DNA of 64,000 bases from Eledone cirrhosa (GCA_964016885.1 CAXHJY010000519.1:74119-138118), one strand, 5' to 3'. Positions 36,488 through 50,498 are shown, counted from the first letter of the stretch. Notes: generated from the letters alone by a model not told the origin. A program made the numbers and translations.

Positions 36488-36501
36488 GTTGTTATGGCAA
36501 C
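36488..36501. promoter_or_regulatory. RFX X-box-like motif
   Basis: GTTGTTATGGCAAC in unique sequence; sequence match only. Confidence 0.3.
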
Positions 36502-36584
36502 CATGACAAAAGAGTGCCTGTAACTCAGTGCAGAAGAAATATAACAAGGGACTCTCTCTTTGTCTGTCTGTCCCCCACCTCTCT

Positions 36585-36691
<107 letters not shown>

Positions 36692-36838
36692 AACGAGTAG
36701 GACCCCGACGGCTGAGCTCAAGCCGTTTCGACGGCTAATTCTGGGGTCCTACTTGTTCCTATTACCCACTCTACTACCCTAAGTATTGAGTACTTTGGTG
36801 CGTTATGGTCCACCTGGTTCCTTACCACATTTCCTTCG

Positions 36839-36874
<36 letters not shown>

Positions 36875-36878
36875 ATAC

Positions 36879-36980
36879 AGTGGCGGACTGGCCAGGTTGC
36901 CAGGTTGTCCAATGGCAAGTGGGTCCCAGGGGGCCCACGGTAGCATTGCAGGGCCCACTGTAGTATTTTAGGGGCCAATG
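36879..36980. mobile_element. Possible hAT-like DNA transposon terminus
   Basis: Begins cagtggcgga with GC-rich gggccc subterminal motifs; second end not found. Confidence 0.35.
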
Positions 36981-37098
36981 CTTAGCTTTCAAAAAATACC
37001 TGAAGTTTAAGAGAAAGAATAACATTTAAAAAAAAATAAATGAAACAATTAAGCAAAGCATTTGACCAACAACACCACGTCATTTTGTATTGAAAATG

Positions 37099-37407
37099 TT
37101 GAAAGTAGGTTTATAAGTATGAATTTTCAGTAGAATTTCGTAGTTGTCTCACTGGCCTAGTGGTAGGTGCTAGAGACAGTGCAGATCCTGTCTTGGGTTC
37201 AATCCTGGTCAAGAGGTATATGTAATGTCTTTCAGTTTTTATTTTACAACCAATAGAAAAAATACTGAAAAGGTTTACCAGGAACCCTACTCTCGACCAG
37301 GATTGAACTTCAGACCAGGATCACCACCATCTATGATTCCTTCAACTAGGCCACTGAGACAGCTACAAAAGTATAGTGAAAATCGATAATTATAAACCTA
37401 CTTTCAA
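37099..37407. mobile_element. Inverted-repeat element with tRNA-like arms
   Basis: ttgaaagtaggtttataa...gtctcactggcctagt...gttcaatcctggtc is mirrored by gaccaggattgaac...actaggccactgagac...ttataaacctactttcaa. Confidence 0.7.
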
Positions 37408-37667
37408 AATCAAAATTAAATGATAGCATTCTATATGTAGGTGGGCCGCCTTTATTTTATCAACCTCATAAGCATGAAAGGCAAAATGAACTTCGGCGGG
37501 ATTTGAACTCAGACCATAAAGGGCCTTAACTCTATGCTGTAAAGCATGGCATTTGAACCTCTACTGATACTGCCAATCCACTGCTATATATATATATACT
37601 CCAGAGTATATTTATAATCATGAAGTACAAGTCAATAGGTTATAATTCAATTTGTTTATTCATAATC

Positions 37668-37726
37668 GCTGTTATATATATTTCAGAGATAACCGTTATG
37701 CAACAGTTATGACTTCATCAGATAGC
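37668..37726 (-). ncRNA. Type I hammerhead ribozyme motif (family 2-like)
   Basis: GCTAT-CTGATGA-AGTCATAACTGTT gcat AACGGTTATCTCT-GAA-ATATATAT-A-ACAGC. Confidence 0.6.
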
Positions 37727-37953
37727 TAGAAGTTGAACAGAAAAACAAAGAAGAAATAAAGCTTACTTCTGTTGTTTTGATTCATTGATATGCTCTGGGC
37801 TGATATTTGGTGTTTGTCTCTCAAAGCATCAGTAGCATATGACTTAGAATAAGCAGCCTCACATCATCAGTAGAAGAGGTGTAAAAGGCAACTATCTACT
37901 GGTTAGATTTAGCTTCATCATTCCATCATTAAGTCTATTGAATTCCTTTACGG

Positions 37954-38101
37954 AGCCATTGTCTGAGATTTGGCTTCAACCTTTTCTGGAATCAGGTTAG
38001 TCAGGGAAACCAATCCCAACTGGTGCTGCAAAATACATACAAGGTCAGGCCCTGACTGACCCAATTCCAGAAAAAGTTGAAGCCAAATCTTAGACAATGG
38101 C
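37954..38101. repeat. Inverted repeat, arms about 52 bp (MITE-like)
   Basis: gccattgtctgagatttggcttcaac...gtcaggg / ccctgac...gttgaagccaaatcttagacaatggc. Confidence 0.75.
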
Positions 38102-38119
38102 GCCACTAAGCAATATGAT

Positions 38120-39349
38120 AGCTAGATAGTTAGATAGATATTTAGGAAGGTAGATCGATAGACAGATAGGTGGAAAGATTTATTGATAGATAAATAGTTA
38201 GATAGACAGATAGGTAGATAGAAAAATAGATAGTTAGATAGATATGTTTCTTTATTAGCCACAGGGGCACAAAAGAAGGGGACAAATACAAAGGGGGAAG
38301 TTTACATACAATAAAAACGTGCAAAATGTTATCACAAATGGAATTTAAAAAGTTAGTCGATTTTCCCCAATAGAGGGAGACAGTTTATATGGGTAACACA
38401 TACCCCCGAAAAAAAATGTGCAACCCTCATCTCCAGGAGTTCGAAGAGTTTGTACTCCTTTCCTCTCCTCCTCCTTTTCCTCAACCTACAGGCTGATATA
38501 GAGAGAAGACCCATTCACTCGGGCCATTCTCGCCACTTTCACCCACCTTTCATAAAACTTGCTGGGGTACAGCACCTCTCTCTCCATCCTGATTCTTCTT
38601 GCAAAGTGGTATTTGACAAAAAGAATCAGTTGATATATAGATAGATAGATAGGAAGATAGATAGATAGATAGACAGATAGGTGGAAAGATAGATATATTT
38701 CTTTATTAGTCACAAGGGCGCACAAGAAAACGGGACAAAACAAAGACATGCCGGGGATTTTACATACAATCGTGTAAAAATATGAAAGAAACAAATATAA
38801 CAATCGAAATCCCCAATAGGGGAGGGGAAGCGCCACAAATGGGTTGTTTAATACCCCGTCGATAGAACAACCCTCAACTTCAGGAACGTGTTGTGCAAGT
38901 GCTCCATTCTTCCTTTTGCTCTCTGGAAAGATAGATATGTTTCTTTATTAGCCACAGGGGCACAAAAGAAGGGGACAAATATGGAAAGATAGATAGATAG
39001 TTAGATAGATAGATATATTTCTTTATTTACCATAAAGGCATAAAAAAGAAGGGACAAATACAAAAGGGGAGTTTACATACAATCGAGTAAAAAGGGTATA
39101 AAATGAAAATAATCGAAAACAACCTCAAAAGGGAGGGGACGTGATGGGGGTTGCACACACCCGATAGTTAGATAGATATATTTCTTTATTAGCCACAGGG
39201 GCACAAAAGAAGGGGACAAATACAAAGATAGATAGATAGATAGACAGATAGATGGAAAGATAGATAGATAGATAGATGTCTTTCTTTTTTTTTTATAGAT
39301 AGATAGTTAGTTAGACAGATAGATAGCTAGAGCTAGATAAATAGATAGC

Positions 39350-39382
<33 letters not shown>

Positions 39383-39980
39383 GTCTATTTTTCTTTCTTT
39401 TTTTTTAGATAGATAGATAGATAGTTAGATAGATATATTTCTTTTATTTGCCACTAGGGCATCAAAAGTGGGACAAGTACAAAGGGGGGAGTTTACACAA
39501 AAAGGCGTCCTCAATAAGGAGGAGGCAATAACAAAATATAAAAATAAAATAAGATATAACAAAAAATAAAATTTTTAACAAAATCCTCAATAGAGAGGAG
39601 GCGCCTTGGGGGGTCGCACACACCCCCGAAAAAAGTGTGCAACCCTTCTCCTCAGGAGCACAGAGAAGGGGTGCTCCCTTGGTCTTTCATCTTCCTCACC
39701 TATAGTCTGATGTAGAGTGAAGGCCCATTCACACGGGCCATTCTCGCCACTTTCACCCATCTTTCATAGAAACGGCTGGGGTGCAGCACCTCTCTCTCCA
39801 TCCTGATCCTTCTTCCGAAATGATATCGGAAGAAACGGACCAGTTGTTGGCCAGAGAGAAAGGTGCCCGACCTCAGTCCTTTCAGACGCGTCCACCATAC
39901 AACCTCTTTCGCCATGGCTATTACGCACAGAAACACCGCCTCTGCTTCAGATAGATAGTTAGATAGATAGATATATAGAC
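38120..39980 (-). mobile_element. Cluster of about six 5'-truncated Tx1/L1-like 3' ends embedded in (GATA)n
   Basis: Recurrent junction gatagatat(a/g)tttctttattagccacag; ORF ends AKEVVWWTR...RIRMEREVL...FYERW at 38486-38630 and 39700-39945. Confidence 0.7.
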
Positions 39981-40710
39981 ATGTTGAAAGATAGTGATAC
40001 AGTAGAAGACATAAAGATCCATTTCATTGAACTTCTGATTCCATATATAGGGAATATTTGAAAGAAAACAAAAAAGAAAACATTTGAAAGTTCAAAATCA
40101 ATAAATATATAAAACAGTAGATAAAATATTAAATGTGAACTGTAAATCAATAAATTTATTCGATCATTAGCAGGTTTTATTCTTTACAAGGCAACATGCA
40201 AAAATCAATACGTGGAATTTTATGGAATATCTATCTCTCTGTCCCTCTCGCTTACTCTTACATACGTGTGTATATATATATACACACACATACATATATA
40301 CACATACAAGCATGCATATGTACACACACACACATACACACAGGTATGGATTGTGTATGTATATGCATATATGATGCATGTATACGTATGCTTATATATG
40401 TAGATATATATGCATGTATATGTATGTTTATGTATATATATTATAAAGAGTTGAGTCCCGACTCTTTATAATACAATCACTATACCAAGTATTGAGTACT
40501 CTGTTGAGTAAGGGTCTGACTAGTTTCAAACTGAATCCATCCTGAGAGAAGGCAACATGAATGGGCCTATTATTTTTCTCTGAAAACATTTCTTCTGATT
40601 CCTCCCTGCCTGTCTCTCCAATCTTTCTAATTCTTTCTTCTGATGAAGGACTAGCATCCAAAACGTTAAGACCCTCTTCCTGCTATTTCAAGCGTTAACC
40701 TAATATATAA

Positions 40711-40897
40711 GACGTGGTAGAGGTAGATCACGAAAAACATGGGCGGAGGTGGTGAGAACAGACCTCCGATCATTGAAGCTCACGGTGGAGATGACGAGGT
40801 ACCGTGACGAGTGGAGAGATGCTGTGCTGAATAAGACCCGTCCCACCCTTGCAAGCAGGGAAAAGCGGACGTAAAATGATGATGATGATGATGATGA
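40711..40897 (+). mobile_element. RTE 3' fragment inserted in a family-3 hammerhead element
   Basis: Same tail as 2010-2433; flanks match 34385-34580. Confidence 0.85.
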
Positions 40898-41259
40898 TTC
40901 CTTCCATATACTGTACCGATTGTGTTGTTATTTCTGTTTACCTTTTACACATATATATATTATATATATGTATCTATATAATATATATTATACATATGTA
41001 TAATATATATTATATATATGTATAATATATATTATTTTCCAGAAATTTCAAGGCATATTATGCACATAAAAAAAAGTCATTTTCTTGATCCCCTAGGGCC
41101 CACATTATGTGAAAACCTGCATTTTTCCTGCTTCATTGAGGAAAATCTTAAAGATTATCCAGCCATCAGAGTATTCGGTTTATTTTCTTTACATATTGTC
41201 CAGGCATGCAGTTTTTCCACGATTAGGTCTGTTGGCGGCCCGCGTTCCAAAATACCTTA

Positions 41260-41289
41260 TCCTGTGCAACACTGGGTACCACTGCTAGT
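41260..41289 (+). mobile_element. Helitron-like 3' terminus
   Basis: cctgtgcaacactgggtaccactgCTAGT; similar to 47417-47446. Confidence 0.5.
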
Positions 41290-41927
41290 ATTATATATAT
41301 ATATATATATATAATATAATATATATATGTATATATATTTGTGTATATACACATATATGTGTGTGTGTGTGTATATGTGTGTGTATGTCTATATGACACA
41401 AGCCAGATATTTACAAGAGCCCTCAATCCATTTTCATTTCCGTTCTTTTTCTCCTCTCTCCCTCCCTTTCTCTCTCATTCCTCTTCTCCCTCCCTTTCTC
41501 TCTATTTCTTTATCATACCCCCCCTCTCTCTCCTCTCCTTCTTCCTCCCTCTGTTTCAACATCTACTGATGTTTTCTTTCCCTTACATACGCCCCCCCCC
41601 ATGAAACCATCGCCCCCCCCCCCCCCCGCCTCACACCTATTGTTGATTATATGTGTTGTTGTTGTTGTTGTTGTTGTTGTTTTTGTTTTTGTGGTTGTTG
41701 CTGTTTTTGTTGTTGTTGTTGCTGCTGCTGTAGTTGTAGTAGTTGTTGTAGTTGTTATTGTTAATATTGCGGCTGTTGTAGTTGTTGTTGTTGTTGTTGT
41801 TGATATTGCTGCTGTTGTAGTTGTAGTAGCTGCTGCTGCTGCTGCTGTTGCTGTTGTTGTTGTTGTTGTTGCTGTTGTTACTGTTGCTGCTGTTGTAGTA
41901 GTAGTAGTTGTGGTTGTTACTGTTGCT

Positions 41928-41962
<35 letters not shown>

Positions 41963-42270
41963 TGTTGTTGTTACTGTTGTAGTAGTTTTTGCAGTTGTTT
42001 TTATTGTTGTTGTTTAACTTCTCTCTATAACTTACACAGTAAAAATATTGCAAGTGTACTTTTAAACTTCAGGTTAATGAAATTTTAAGAAATATTAAAT
42101 TAATTGACATTTTTCTTTCTCTAATGTAATTAAAGCTATTTCTTTATTTACTAATATGATTCCTCCTCTCTCACTCTATTAGACATTTCTGTGTTACAAG
42201 TCAATGGGGCACCTGCCATAATATACAAGGTCTTTGCTTTTGTTTTAGAAAACATTATTCAGTATTATTA

Positions 42271-42780
42271 TCCCGCCGAGGTCAACTTTGCCTTTCATCC
42301 TTACGGGGTCGATAAAATAAAGTACCAGTAATGCACTGGGGTAATTGCTGGCCTTGTGCCTAAAGTAGAAACAATTATTAAAGTCATTGTTTCTACTTTT
42401 GTACTGGTACTTTATTTTATCGACCCCGTAAGGATGAAAGGCAAACGGTTGATTGGCAGTATCGGTAGAGCGTCGGACGCCATGCTTTGATGCATAGAGT
42501 TACGGCCCTTGCCATTCTGAGTTCAAATCCCGCCGAGGTTAACTTTGCCTTTCATCCTTACGGTGTCGATAAAATAAAGTACCAGTAATGCACTGGGGTA
42601 ATTGCTGGCCTTGTGCCAAAAGTAGAAACAATTATTAAAGTCATTAGAACGTCAGATAGAATGCCTTGCAGTATTTGTTTTGGCCCTCTGCTCTCTCAGT
42701 TCTAACCCTACCAATGTTAACTTTGCATTTCATCCTTTTGAGGTCGATAAATAAAAGTACCAGTCTAATACTGGGGTTGA
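42271..42780 (+). mobile_element. Nest of SINE family A copies including an inverted fragment
   Basis: Three + strand cores and one - strand core (42390-42445). Confidence 0.8.
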
Positions 42781-42947
42781 TTCTTCCTCTGTATCTCTTT
42801 CTCATTTTCTCTCTGTCATATGCTATCCTTCTCTGGGAGAAATCTGCGCTGTTCAGACCTGGAGAGGGATGGGCTTGCCAGGCTTCAAATGACCAAAAAA
42901 TACTATGCCACTATGTCCCTATGACTCCATCAGGAGTTACGGGACCA

Positions 42948-43377
42948 CACTATATCATACCATACAATACTATACTGTACAATACTATACCATACTATAC
43001 CGTACCGTACAATACTATACTGTACAATACTATACCATACTATACCATACAATACTATACAATACTATACCATACCATACCATACAATACAATACTATAC
43101 AATACTATACCATACTATACTATACAATACTGTACAATACTATACCATACTATACCATACAATACTGTACAATACTATACCATACCATACCATACCATAC
43201 CATACCATACTATACTGTACGATACTATACCATACTATACCATACTGTACCGTACCATACCATACAATACTGTACAATACTATACCATAGCATACCAACC
43301 ATACCACACCATACTATACTGTATGATACTATACCATACTATACCATACTATACTATACCATACCATACTATACTGT
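42948..43377. repeat. Pentanucleotide (ATACT/ATACC/GTACA)n array
   Basis: Directly visible. Confidence 0.95.
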
Positions 43378-43412
43378 AATTTCTTTAGAAATACGAAATT
43401 CCAATACATATC

Positions 43413-43526
<114 letters not shown>

Positions 43527-43731
43527 TACAGACAGGCACAAACACACATATAGATGTGTGAGTCTGAATGTGTAAACATATGAGAATGTGAGACAATTGC
43601 TCCCTAATTGCAGCTACAAGAAAGAGCTTGGTAACATGTAAACAGATCTCAGTTCATTATTTCTGTATTGGTTGAAGAGATGTCTCTGGTGTTAATTGGG
43701 TCACTGAGTTCATGAAAACATCTCTTTTCTT

Positions 43732-43763
<32 letters not shown>

Positions 43764-43810
43764 GTGCGTGTGCGTGTGCACATATATATGTATATATGTA
43801 CGTATACACG

Positions 43811-44090
43811 TGGAAGCCTGTGGCCTAGTGGTAAGGGTGTTGGACTTACGATCATAATGTTTTGGGTTCGATTCCTGTTGTGTTCTTGAGCAAAACACTT
43901 CATTTCACGTTGCTCCAGTATACTCAACTGAAAACGAGTACCAGCAATAGCTGGGGTTTTAACCCTGCGATGGACTTGGGTGCTCTCCAGGGGGGAAGTG
44001 TTGTACTCTCAGTCGCTTCAGGCCATGAAACCGGGATAAACACCGGCCAAATGAGTCTTCTGGTTTAAGACAGACTTTAGACTTTAGATG
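43811..44090 (+). mobile_element. tRNA-derived CORE-like SINE (family D)
   Basis: A-box tggcctagtgg, B-box ggttcgattcc; inverted-orientation copy at 46040-46318. Confidence 0.8.
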
Positions 44091-44094
44091 TAGA

Positions 44095-44701
44095 TATATG
44101 CAGGTGTATTTCTGCATTCAGTGAACCATCCCTCGATAATGCACTACCCAGGTAAACAAACGTGCCAACTACCTCCAACCTAGTTCCATGCACCATTATA
44201 TTTGGCTCAATATATGCTTCCCCTGGTGATGGGGTGGATAGACCTTAGTCTTTTAGGATTAATTTTCATGACAAAGGCATTACAAGAAGCTGCAAAACAA
44301 TCCATGTGTTGCATGTCATCTTGAGAGTGAGCCAGAAAGTCAACATCGTCTGCATATAGGAGTTCTCTAAGTAGTATTTGGAACACCTTGGACTTGAAAT
44401 TGAACCTTCTTAGGTCAAAGATTCTTCCTGTGGTTCTAACTTGCAATAGAACACCTTTTGCACAGTCCTGAAATGCATGAGTGAGCATCACAGCAAATAT
44501 TGAAAACAGTGTGGGAGCTGGGATATCTCCCTGCTTTATGCCAATATCAACTGGGATTTCATTGGACAATTCTCTATTCAAGACAACCCGTGCCTTCATA
44601 TTTCTGTGCAGTCGGACAAACATACCAATGAACTTTGGTGGGCACCCTATTTTCCCTCGTATTTTCCACAGTGCACCTCTGTTCACCGTATCAAAGTCCA
44701 T
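44095..44701 (-). mobile_element. Degenerate RT fragment of a second (BovB-like) RTE family
   Basis: FDTVNRGALWKI...GCPPKF...GIKQGDIPAPTLFSIF...RELLYADD. Confidence 0.85.
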
Positions 44702-44792
44702 TTGTCAGAACAACAAAAATGGCAAGTGGATAACTAAATTAATTTATTTTTTAACATAGTTCCTGGAAAGAAACAATACAGTTACTAATAAG

Positions 44793-45192
44793 AATAAAAC
44801 CAGAGGCAATTTTAGGCAGTTTGGTGTGAAGAGGTGTGAGAGGGGAAGGAGTTTAGAAATAAAACCAGGGGCAGTTTCAGGTGGTTTGGTATGAGGACAG
44901 GGGAAAGGGTTTAGAATTAAAACCAGGGGCAGTGACAGGTGGTTTGGTAAGGAGGTGTGAAAAGGGGTTTAGGAATAAAACCAGGGGTAGTTTCAGGTGG
45001 TTTAGGAATAAAACCAGGGGTAGTTTTAGGTGGTTTGGTATGAGGACAGGGGAAGGGGTTTAGAAATAAAACCAGAGGTAGTTTCAGGTGGTTTATGAAT
45101 AAAACCAGGGGTAGTTTTAGGTGGTTTATGAATAAAACCAGGGGTAGTTTTAGGTAGTTTGGTATGAGGAGGTGTGACAAGGGAAGGGGTTA
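44793..45192. repeat. Irregular 30/55-bp minisatellite
   Basis: aataaaaccaggggtagtttcaggtggttt repeated about 8 times. Confidence 0.85.
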
Positions 45193-46039
45193 AGCCGGTT
45201 ACTTTTATATTAGTATATTAGTGTATGCTAGAGAAGAAAAAAGATTTATTTTGCCAAAATTATGATTGATTCTATTGATTTCTGTATCTTGGTAAGCACT
45301 CAGCAATGTCATTAGGACGGTGTCGATGGCTTTGGGCTATATACTATGTGGAGGAAATAAGCAACTGCAACTGTGAAGGAGTTTCTGTGATGACCTAAAA
45401 TTTCAGGGCTAAAATCATGTTAAGTATTAAATGGCTTTCTACCTGCCAAAGAAACTGTTTAATTTTGACAACAGAATCTCTAGACAAGAGTTGTTACAAT
45501 CTGGTGGATTGTCTGTCTGGTTTGTTTTGTGTTTCTGGAACACACACATACACACACAAACACAAACACATGCACATAAACACAACACACTCACACATAC
45601 GCACACAAACACACACACTCACACAAACACACTCGCACACACAAACACACCTACACACAAACACACGCACACACAAACATACATGCCCACAAAAAACACA
45701 CGCACTCAAACACACTGACACACAAACACGCAAACACACTCCCACATATGTACACAAACACCAATGCACTCGCACACAAACATACACGCTCACAAAGACA
45801 TTCACACATACGCACACAAACACACCCACACAAACACATAAAGAACATCACACTCACATAAATACAAATACAGGCATACCCACTCACATAAAAACACACA
45901 CAAACACCCCTACATACACACAAATGCAAACGCTGCAGCCTTCTGTATATGTATGTATGAGAGGGGGGGATATGTGCATATAGATGTATTCATATATTCA
46001 TATATGCATCTTTCTTTCTCTTTCTATGCATATATACAT

Positions 46040-46318
46040 CTAAAGTCTGTCTTAAGCCAGAAGCCTCATTTGGTCGGTGCTTATCTCGGTTTCATGGCGT
46101 GAAGCGACTGAGAGTACAAGACTCCCCCCTGGACAGGACACCAGTCCATCACAGGGTTAAACTCCCAGCTATTGCTGGTACTCATTTTCAGCTGAGTATA
46201 CTGGAGCAACGTGGAATGAAGTGTTTTGTTCAAGGACACAACACGCAACCCAGGATTCGAACCCAAAACATTATGATCGTAAGTCCAACACCCTTACCAC
46301 TAGGCCACGTGCCTCCAC
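46040..46318 (-). mobile_element. SINE family D
   Basis: Reverse complement of 43811-44090. Confidence 0.8.
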
Positions 46319-46663
46319 TGCATATATGTATATATTGCTTAGAGTGTTGGGTTTACAATCGTGAGATTGTGAGTTCGATTCTCGGACCAGGTGATGCGTT
46401 GTTTCCTTGAGCAAGACACTTTATTTCACGTTGCTCCAGTTTACTCAGCTGTAGAAATGAGTTGCGACGTTACTGGTATGAATCTGTATCGGACATTGCC
46501 TTTACTTTAGACAACATCATATATAGTGTATATATATAGTGTATATATACTGTACACACATATATATATATATATATAGTATATATGGTGTATATATATA
46601 TGTTGATGTTACTGGAGCCAAGCTGTATTGGCCATTACCTTTCCCTTGGACAATATCATATAT

Positions 46664-46851
46664 AATTGTTTCTACGTTAGGCACAAGGCCAGCAATTACC
46701 CAGTGCATTACTGGTACTTTATTTTATCGACCCCGTAAGGATGAAAGGCAAAGTCACCCTCGGCGGGATTTGAACTCAGATCGTAAAGGGACGTAACTAT
46801 GCTGGAAAGCATGGCGTCCGACTCTCTACCGATACTGCCAATCCACCGCCC
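46664..46851 (-). mobile_element. SINE family A
   Basis: Full length; TSD aatatcatatataat. Confidence 0.9.
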
Positions 46852-47416
46852 TAATATCATATATAATGTATATATACTGTACATATATATCATCATCATC
46901 ATCGTTTAACGTCCATCTTCCACGCTTGCATGGGTTTGGAAGGGACTTTTCCCACTTGAGGCATGAGTGGTTGTCTTGCTCGCATAGGACTGTCTGGCGG
47001 GTTTTCTACAGCTGGATGCCCTTCCTAACACCAACCACGTTTACAGTGTGGACTGGGAGGTTTTTACCGTGTTACCTACATATATATATAGTATATATTG
47101 TGTATATATATATTGTGATGTCACTGGTGCCAAGCTGTATCGGCCATTATCTTTCCCTTGGACAATATCATATATAATGTATATATACTGTACATATATA
47201 TATATATATATAGTATATATTGTGTATATATATATTGTGATGTCACTGGTACCAAGCTGTATTGACCATTGCCTTTCGCTTGGACATCATCAGTGACAAT
47301 TTATTATTGTTGTTGATCTCACAGAATTTGTTTTGCCAATAATATTAGAATCACTAATCACAGTAAGTATTTAAAAAATATATCGAGTTTTGAATAAAAT
47401 TTCATTAGTTTCTTTA

Positions 47417-47446
47417 ACCCGGCCAACACCGGGTACTTCTGCTAGT
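47417..47446 (+). mobile_element. Helitron-like 3' terminus
   Basis: Hairpin ACCCGG-ccaaca-CCGGGT, short spacer, CTAG|T. Confidence 0.55.
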
Positions 47447-47498
47447 AGTTAATAAATGAAACAAAATGAAACACAGGAAGCAAAATTACAGTTATATT

Positions 47499-47574
<76 letters not shown>

Positions 47575-47884
47575 ATATGTATATATATGTGTGTGTATAT
47601 GTATATATATGTGTGTGTATATGTATATATATGTGTGTGTGTGTGTAAAGATGTATGTATGTATGTATATGTCTCCTTATGAATTATATTTAGGCTGAAT
47701 AAACAGTCTTACATGTTATAGCTATTGTGATATCTATGTATGCTTTCATCTCTCTCTCTCTCCCCTCTCTCCCCCCTCCCCCCTCTCTCTCTCTCTATAT
47801 ATATATATATATCAAGAGAGAGATAGAGAGAGAGAGTGTGTGTGTGTGAGGGAGAGAGAATGAGAGAGTGTGTGTGAGAGGGAG

Positions 47885-47920
<36 letters not shown>

Positions 47921-48169
47921 TGTGTGAGAGAGTGTGTGTGAGAGAGAGTGTGTGTGAGAGGGAGAGAGAGTGTGCGTGGGAGAGAGAGAGTGTGTGTGTG
48001 AGAGAGAGAGTATGTGTGAGAGGGAGAGAGTGTGTGAGAGAGAGTGTGTATGTGAGAGAGGGAGGGGGAGAGATAGAGAGAGAGAAAACCATAAATTGAT
48101 AAATAGATGAAATATGTACAAATATAAAGAAAATGAGAAAAAGAAGGAGAGAAATAGAGAAATGAATGG

Positions 48170-49890
48170 AAACAACAACAACAACAACAACAGCAATAAC
48201 AACAACAATAACAACAACAACAAGAGCAACAACAACAATAACACCACCACCACCATCTACACCACCACCACCACCACCATCACCACCACCAACACCATCA
48301 CTACCATCATTACCACCACCACCATCATCACCACCACCACCACCACCACCACCACCACCACCATCACCACCACCACCACCATCACCACCACCACCACCAT
48401 CACCACCACCACCACGACCACCATCACCACCACCACCACCACCACCACCACCATCACCACCACCACCACCACCACCACCATCACCACCACCATCACCACC
48501 ACCATCACCACTACCACCACCACCACCACCACCACCACCATCACCACCACCACCACCACCACCATCACCACCACCACCACCACCACCACCACCATCACCA
48601 CCACCACCACCACCACCACCATCACCACCACCAACACCATCACTACCATCATTACCACCACCACCATCACCACCACCACCACCACCACCACCACCACCAC
48701 CACCACCATCACCACCACCACCACCATCACCACCACCACCACCATCACCACCACCACCACCACCACCATCACCACCACCACCACCACCACCACCACCATC
48801 ACCACCACCACCACCACCATCACCACCACCATCACCACCACCATCACCACCACCACCACCACCACCACCACCACCACCATCACCACCACCACCACCATCA
48901 CCACCACCACCACCACCACCATCACCACCACCACCACCACCACCACCACCATCACCACCACCACCACCACCACCACCATCACCACCACCATCACCACCAC
49001 CATCACCACTACCACCACCACCACCACCATCACCACCACCACCACCATCACCACCACCAACATCACCACCACCACCACCACCAACATCACCAAAACCACC
49101 ACCACCATCACCACCACCATCACCACCACCATCACCACCACCACCGCCACCACCATCACCACCATCACCACCACCACCACCACCACCACCACCACCACCA
49201 CCACCACCACCACCATCACCACCACCAACATCACCACCACCACCACCACCATCACCACCACCACCACCACCACCACCACCACCACCACCACCACCACCAC
49301 TACCACCACCACCAACATCACCACCACCACCACCATCACCACCACCACCACCATCACCACCACCACCACCACCACCACCATCACCACCACCATCACCACC
49401 ACCACCATCACCACCACCACCACCAACACCACCACTACCACCACCACCAACATCACCACCACCATCACCACCACCATCACCACCACCATCACCACCACCA
49501 TCACCACCACCACCATCACCACCAGCACCAACATCACCACCACCACCACCACCACCAACATCACCACCACCACCACCACCACCACCACCACCATCACCAC
49601 CATCACCACCACCACCACCACCACCATCACCACCACCACCAACATCTACACCACCACCATCATCACCACCACCAACATCACCACCACCACCACCACCACC
49701 AACATCACCAAAACCACCACCACCATCACCACCACCATCACCACCACCACCACCATCACCACCACCACCACCACCACCACCACCACCACTACCACCACCA
49801 ACATCACCACCATCACCACCACCTCCATCACCACCACCTCCATCACCCCCCCCCCCCCACCATCACCCCCCCCCCCCCCCCACCACCCCA
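48170..49890. repeat. (AAC)n then (ACC/ATC)n trinucleotide array
   Basis: Directly visible. Confidence 0.95.
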
Positions 49891-50256
49891 CATCAACAGT
49901 CTATATCTTTAATATTAATATGTTGTTTCATAGAAATGTTTTTTTTTATTAATATATTTTTCCTAATGATATTTTAGTGTTTGATAGTAAATACCGACAG
50001 AAGAGTACGTGACTACACATACATACATACATACATGTACACATACATACGCATATACATGCATACACATACACACACATATATACTCACATACATACAC
50101 ATATACATACACACAAACACACACACATTCACATGAACATACACATACACACACACTCACATATATACACATACACTCATACACTCTCACACACACATAA
50201 ATATATGCACAAACATGCATACATATATGCATGAATACACACACACACACACACAC

Positions 50257-50287
<31 letters not shown>

Positions 50288-50449
50288 CATTCACATATGT
50301 ACACACATATACACACAGATATATACATACATATATACACACATACACTCACATATATATATATACACACACACACATATATATATATAGATATATATAT
50401 ATATAGAGAGAGAGATTACAATAATCAAAGTTCAGTTTAAGTCATTTAT

Positions 50450-50498
50450 TTGCTTACAATTGTTTCCTCCAAACCGAGGTTTGGATTCTTCGGAGCAA
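50450..50498 (-). ncRNA. Type I hammerhead-like motif (family 4, U4C variant)
   Basis: TTGCT-CCGAAGA-ATCCAAACCTCGGTTTGGAG-GAA-ACAATTGT-A-AGCAA. Confidence 0.55.

Noticed and set aside
47325-47362. Plus-strand exon candidate (cacag...gtaagt)
   Set aside because: No phase-compatible partner exons found; it shows how easily such signals arise by chance
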